NCBI GenBank assembly: GCA_965248195.1
Contig: CBDFIQ010000002.1
Coordinates: forward strand, 1,952,001-2,016,000
DNA length: 64,000 bases
Source of the DNA: Longimicrobiales bacterium
GTDB taxonomy: Bacteria > Gemmatimonadota > Gemmatimonadetes > Longimicrobiales > Gaopeijiaceae
Reading direction: 5' to 3'
Shown here piece by piece: positions 59,958-64,000 of the stretch. How positions within the stretch are numbered: the first letter of the stretch is position 1; the number at the start of each line of letters is the position of its first letter. The position numbers and the translations under genes were made by a program. The notes below the pieces were generated by a model. The model made no database searches. It was not told where the DNA came from and worked only from the letters and a program-made list of their open reading frames with translations.

Positions 59958-60857
59958 TCAGTCTCGCGATCGAATGGAAGCGGTAGCGAAATCCAAGCCG
60001 AAGTCGAGAACCGGCGCCGAGTGGGTGATCCAGCCGCTGGAGATGTAGTCGACGCCGGTTTCCGCAATGGCGCGGACCGTCTCGGCCGTTACCCGTCCGG
60101 AGGCCTCGAGCACAGCCCGCCCGTCGGTCACCTCGACCGCGCGACGCAGATCCGGAGGGTCCATGTTGTCCAACAGGACCGCCGTGGCGCCCGCCTCGAG
60201 GGCCTCGTTGAGCTGCTCCAGCGTATCGACTTCGATTTCGATGGCGGTGGCCGGTCCAATCTGCTTTCGCGCCCCCCCGACGGCCTCCGCCACGCCCCCG
60301 GACGCCGCGACGTGGTTGTCCTTGATGAGGATGGCGTCGTCGAGCCCGTATCGGTGATTCACGCCACCTCCCGCTCGGACGGCTTGTTTCTCGAGTGAGC
60401 GGAGCCCAGGGGTGGTTTTACGGGTGCAGCAGATTTTCGCGTCGGTGCCGGAAACTGCAGCAACAAGCGTTCCCGTCGCCGTGGCCACACCCGAGAGGTG
60501 GCCGAGGAAGTTGAGGGCCGTTCGTTCCGCCGTGAGGATCGATCGAGTCCGCCCTTCCACGGTGGCCACGACCTCACCGACTTCGACCGGTGCGCCTTCG
60601 TGCACGTCGAAGCGAAGCTCCACGGTTCGATCAACCAGCGTGAAGCTCAGCGACGCCGGCTGCACACCGGCGAGAACGCCTCCCTCCCGGGCTACGATGT
60701 GGGCACGAGCCGTGGCATCCGGCGAGATCACCGCTCGAGAGGTGACGTCACCGCCGGACCCGAGATCCTCGTCCAGGGCACGTCGTACGACGGCTTCGAC
60801 GAGCGCTTCGGGGAGATCGGGGATGTTGGGGATGTCGTTCACACCGTCTGGGGACAC
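59958..60857 (-). CDS. nadC: Quinolinate phosphoribosyltransferase
   Basis: TRKTTPG, LIKDNH, EVD, LLDNM and EASG motifs. Confidence 0.96.
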   Translation of the reverse strand: MSPDGVNDIPNIPDLPEALVEAVVRRALDEDLGSGGDVTSRAVISPDATARAHIVAREGGVLAGVQPASLSFTLVDRTVELRFDVHEGAPVEVGEVVATVEGRTRSILTAERTALNFLGHLSGVATATGTLVAAVSGTDAKICCTRKTTPGLRSLEKQAVRAGGGVNHRYGLDDAILIKDNHVAASGGVAEAVGGARKQIGPATAIEIEVDTLEQLNEALEAGATAVLLDNMDPPDLRRAVEVTDGRAVLEASGRVTAETVRAIAETGVDYISSGWITHSAPVLDFGLDFATASIRSRD

Positions 60858-60862
60858 AGGAG

Positions 60863-61942
60863 CTAGCCGGACACCCCAGCCACCGGACCGACGGAATCCC
60901 GGTATTCAACCGTCACCGCGACTTCTACGCCGTTCTCGAAGTCGCGACCCTCGGCGCCCAGGTCCACCATGCGCTGAACCGCACGGCGAGCGCCTTCGAC
61001 CACCTCGTCTGGAATGGTGACTTCGTACCGCATCTCCTGAAGGCTCTCGAGGATGTTTTGAAGCGTGATGCTCTTCATGTGAGGGCACAGGTTACACGGC
61101 CGAATGAACTCCACGTCCGGTGTCTCGGCCGCGACGTTATCGCTCATCGAACATTCTGTGACCATCATGACCCGGGCCGGGCGCTTCTCCTTTACGTACC
61201 GAATCATCGACGATGTGGACCCAGCGTAGTCGGTGACGGCGAGGACGTCCGGCGAGCACTCCGGATGGGCCAGCACCACGAGGCCCGGAACGTTCTCGCG
61301 GTAGTCACGGATCTCTTCTGCCGTAAAGCGCTCGTGGACCTCGCAACGCCCACCCCAGGCGATGATTTCGACATCGGTGAGCGCGGCGACGTTCTTGGAG
61401 AGGTATTCATCCGGCAGAAGGATGACACGATCGACCCCCATCGCCTCCACCACATTGACGGCGTTCGCCGACGTGCAGCAAATGTCGGACTCCGCCTTCA
61501 CGTCCGCCGAAGTGTTCACATACGTCACGACCGGTACGCCCGGATACTTCTGCTTCATGCGGCGCACGTCCTCTCCGGTGATCGAGGCAGCCAAGGAGCA
61601 CCCAGCCTCGAGACTCGGTATCAGGACTGTCTTATGCGGAGACAGCAGCTTTGAAGTCTCGGCCATGAAGTGGACGCCGGCCTGTACGATGATGTCCGCG
61701 TCCGTTTTCCCCGCCTGTATTGCCAACTGAAGGGAATCCCCAACGAAGTCGGCCACGCAGTGATAGATGTCGGGGGTTTGATAATTATGAGCGAGAATTA
61801 CCGCGTTCTTGGCTTTCTTGAGCTCGTTGATCGCATGGATCAGGGGCGCCACCACCGGCCACTCCACCGCGGGGATGAAATCCTTGACCCGATCCTGAAG
61901 ATCCGCTGTCTCGCGCGCGACCTCGGGGGTGTATTCAAGCAT
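60863..61942 (-). CDS. nadA: Quinolinate synthase
   Basis: ILAHNYQ, GVHFMAE, AGCSLA, CEVHE, AHPEC and CPHMK motifs. Confidence 0.96.
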   Translation of the reverse strand: MLEYTPEVARETADLQDRVKDFIPAVEWPVVAPLIHAINELKKAKNAVILAHNYQTPDIYHCVADFVGDSLQLAIQAGKTDADIIVQAGVHFMAETSKLLSPHKTVLIPSLEAGCSLAASITGEDVRRMKQKYPGVPVVTYVNTSADVKAESDICCTSANAVNVVEAMGVDRVILLPDEYLSKNVAALTDVEIIAWGGRCEVHERFTAEEIRDYRENVPGLVVLAHPECSPDVLAVTDYAGSTSSMIRYVKEKRPARVMMVTECSMSDNVAAETPDVEFIRPCNLCPHMKSITLQNILESLQEMRYEVTIPDEVVEGARRAVQRMVDLGAEGRDFENGVEVAVTVEYRDSVGPVAGVSG

Positions 61943-62327
61943 CTCGTGTGCGTCGCTCGTGTACCGTGGCCATCCGTGTCGAGCGGTTCGGCCCGGTCGT
62001 GATCAGCTTCCGGGGCCGTTCTGCCCAGGACGTCGAAGTCGCCGCATCTTACACAATATCGGTTCATTCGATCCTGACTCAAGGGCCATCACCTTGCGGG
62101 GCACTTTCGGATTGCCCCTATTCAGCGAACCGGATCCCCAACGATCGGTGAGCCGGCGCTCGCCCGATCACTCGATGGACCCAACCCTCGTACGAGGCTG
62201 GATCAAATGAAAGTTCCCGCTCTCTCTCTTTCGGCGGCCCTCCGGGGGGCAGAGTTCTGACTGACGGGGCGCGGCGTAGCGCGCCCGAGCCGGCCCGGCG
62301 TGGGACGCCCCACGAGAGCCCCCCCAC

Positions 62328-63149
62328 TTGAGATTCAGAGGATACGCTGCCCTCTCGTTGTCGGCGGTTTTCTTTTTGCTCGGTGACATGTTGCAGCGCT
62401 TTGTGGTGTGCCCCTTGTCCCGGATGTTCCCCGCTCGCAGACCCGCGATCCTAGCCGGGTGGCTGCGGTTTCTGTCGCGTACGCTCTTCACGATTCTCAG
62501 GAGAGTCGGTGGCGCGGGCATTCCGTGTCCAGGTCGCGTGCCGGGCGGGCCTGGCGTCCTGATCCTCATGAATCACCAGTCTTTGCTGGATATCCCCATG
62601 GTAGTCGCATCGCTCGACGGCGTGTCTCCCAGGATCGTGACGCGGCAGAGGTACGCCAAGTGGATTCCCATCATCTCTCATACCGCTCGCATGATGGGGT
62701 ACCCGATGGTGAACCCGCTCGCGAAGGCGGGAAAGGGCCGACGGCTTCTAGAGCAGCTCGATCATGTGGCCTGTACGAGTGTCGCGCCCCTGGTCCTTTT
62801 CCCGGAGGGGACCCGGACGCAGGACGGTGAAATCGGCCGATTCCGCACCGCCGGACTCGAGCGGATTCTCCGGGCGAGGGCGTGGCGGGTCTACGTCTTG
62901 GTAAGCGACGGGTATTGGCGTCACAGAAGGCTGGTAGATTTTCTGAGTGGGATGCAGGAGATCGAGGGACACCTGAGCATCTTGGGCCCCTTCGAGTGGG
63001 AGAGTCCCGAGACGGATTCCGGGGACTTCATCGCTCAGATGCGAGGCCAGATGCTGGACGAGCTCGCCCGCGTGCGGGGGGGCGAGACCCACCCGGCACC
63101 AGCGCCAGACGCAGCACCGACTCAGACCCCGGCCCCGTCCCCCGCCTGA
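62328..63149 (+). CDS. Lysophospholipid acyltransferase (PlsC family)
   Basis: NHQSLLD and FPEGTR motifs. Confidence 0.9.
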   Translation: MRFRGYAALSLSAVFFLLGDMLQRFVVCPLSRMFPARRPAILAGWLRFLSRTLFTILRRVGGAGIPCPGRVPGGPGVLILMNHQSLLDIPMVVASLDGVSPRIVTRQRYAKWIPIISHTARMMGYPMVNPLAKAGKGRRLLEQLDHVACTSVAPLVLFPEGTRTQDGEIGRFRTAGLERILRARAWRVYVLVSDGYWRHRRLVDFLSGMQEIEGHLSILGPFEWESPETDSGDFIAQMRGQMLDELARVRGGETHPAPAPDAAPTQTPAPSPA

Positions 63150-63223
63150 ACGGCTGCGCCGATCGGCGGCCTGGGCGGCCGCGCAGAGCGAGAGATGATT
63201 GCTGCGACGACGCCAAAAGAGGG

Positions 63224-64000
63224 TCAGAACTCCCAGGTGAGCCCGAACGAGGGCAGAATGGGCAGGAGGGTCTCACCGATGTTCGGGATCACCCTCCCCG
63301 ACGGAAGCTCGACCTTGTAGTCGTAGGACCGCAGGTTCTCCCGATTGTAGAGGTTGAAGACGTCCAGGAAGGCGCTCAACGTGCCTCTGCCCACCTGGAA
63401 CGTCCGGGTCGCACGGATGTCCATGCGGTGGTAGGCCGGCAGTCTTTCGGCATTGATCGGGCCCGGCCGCTCGTTGACCAGCAGTTGAAGGCACGAGTCG
63501 TCGGTGCAGGATCGCCACCCGGGCGGGGGGGGGAGTCGGCCGGGAAAACCCCGAGCGTGTCGACCTGGAACTCCATCGGGGTGCTCGGCCACCCCGTGTG
63601 ATACTGCCAACCTGCGGAGAACTCCCAGGCGCTGTTCGGCCGGTAGTGCCAGCGCGTGTTGAACGTGTGGCGCTGGTCGAGCGTCCTCGGAATCCATCGA
63701 CCGTCCAGCTTGTCTTCGGCCCTCGCGAGCACGTAGCTCGCCGTCCAGTCGGCCTGGTTTCCGAGCGGTCCCGAAACGGTCAGCTCCAGTCCGTCCGCGC
63801 GCCCTTTCTCGGGAAGAAAACGGACCCTGTCGTTTCCCACCTCGGGGAACGGGATGATCTCTCGAATGACGTTGAGATAACGCGGCCGTGGATCGGAGAC
63901 CTTGCGATGGTACACCTCGGCCCTCACCTGCCACCCCCGGGCGAACCCATGTTCGATCCCCGCGGCAACCTGGTTCGCTCGTTCGGATGGGAAGAACAAC
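63224..64000 (-). pseudogene. TonB-dependent receptor C-terminus, frameshifted at a C9 tract; runs off the window
   Basis: Barrel strands ...DQRH...YHTGWP.T in frame 63376-63999; terminal RLPAYHRMDIR...NLYNREN...PSFGLTWEF in frame 63224-63934. Confidence 0.85.

Noticed and set aside
61943..62060. Known NAD+-I (nadA motif) riboswitch
   Set aside because: I could not match the consensus by eye; kept only as an unclassified structured region.
15000..64000. Numerous overlapping antisense and alternate-frame ORFs in the track
   Set aside because: Expected in high-GC DNA; they overlap well-supported genes and lack recognisable motifs.

Overview
High-GC bacterial chromosome segment; gene order and protein style suggest Gemmatimonadota (inference). 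About 1-15 kb is an accessory mosaic. It holds two near-identical inverted IS256-family copies, an IS3-family element splitting a HEPN-like gene, an IS256 remnant, several gene fragments (methyltransferase, dienelactone hydrolase, TagO-like, vsr, P1B-ATPase) and a TPR protein. It also holds an intact, apparently foreign six-gene operon: D-2-hydroxyacid dehydrogenase, OsmC, carboxyltransferase, OadG, OadB and a biotin carrier. The carboxyltransferase carries the motifs I recall from 2-oxoglutarate carboxylase large subunit (CfiA) rather than oxaloacetate decarboxylase. It is paired with Na+-pump subunits and no biotin carboxylase, so it is a candidate new Na+-translocating oxalosuccinate-type (de)carboxylase and the top finding. 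About 15-64 kb is mostly minus-strand housekeeping: idh, tmRNA with a tmRNA-derived palindromic repeat, dusB, ptsN, selB, recO, metK (frameshifted), mannose-type PTS/hprK/hpf, nusB-rib genes, purM, argS, acyl-CoA carboxylase/methylmalonyl-CoA mutase, rpsA with a very long repetitive acidic tail, cmk-aroA-tyrA-rnz, nadA/nadC and two TonB-dependent receptors (one frameshifted at a C9 tract). All family calls come from motif recognition only; no searches were run.
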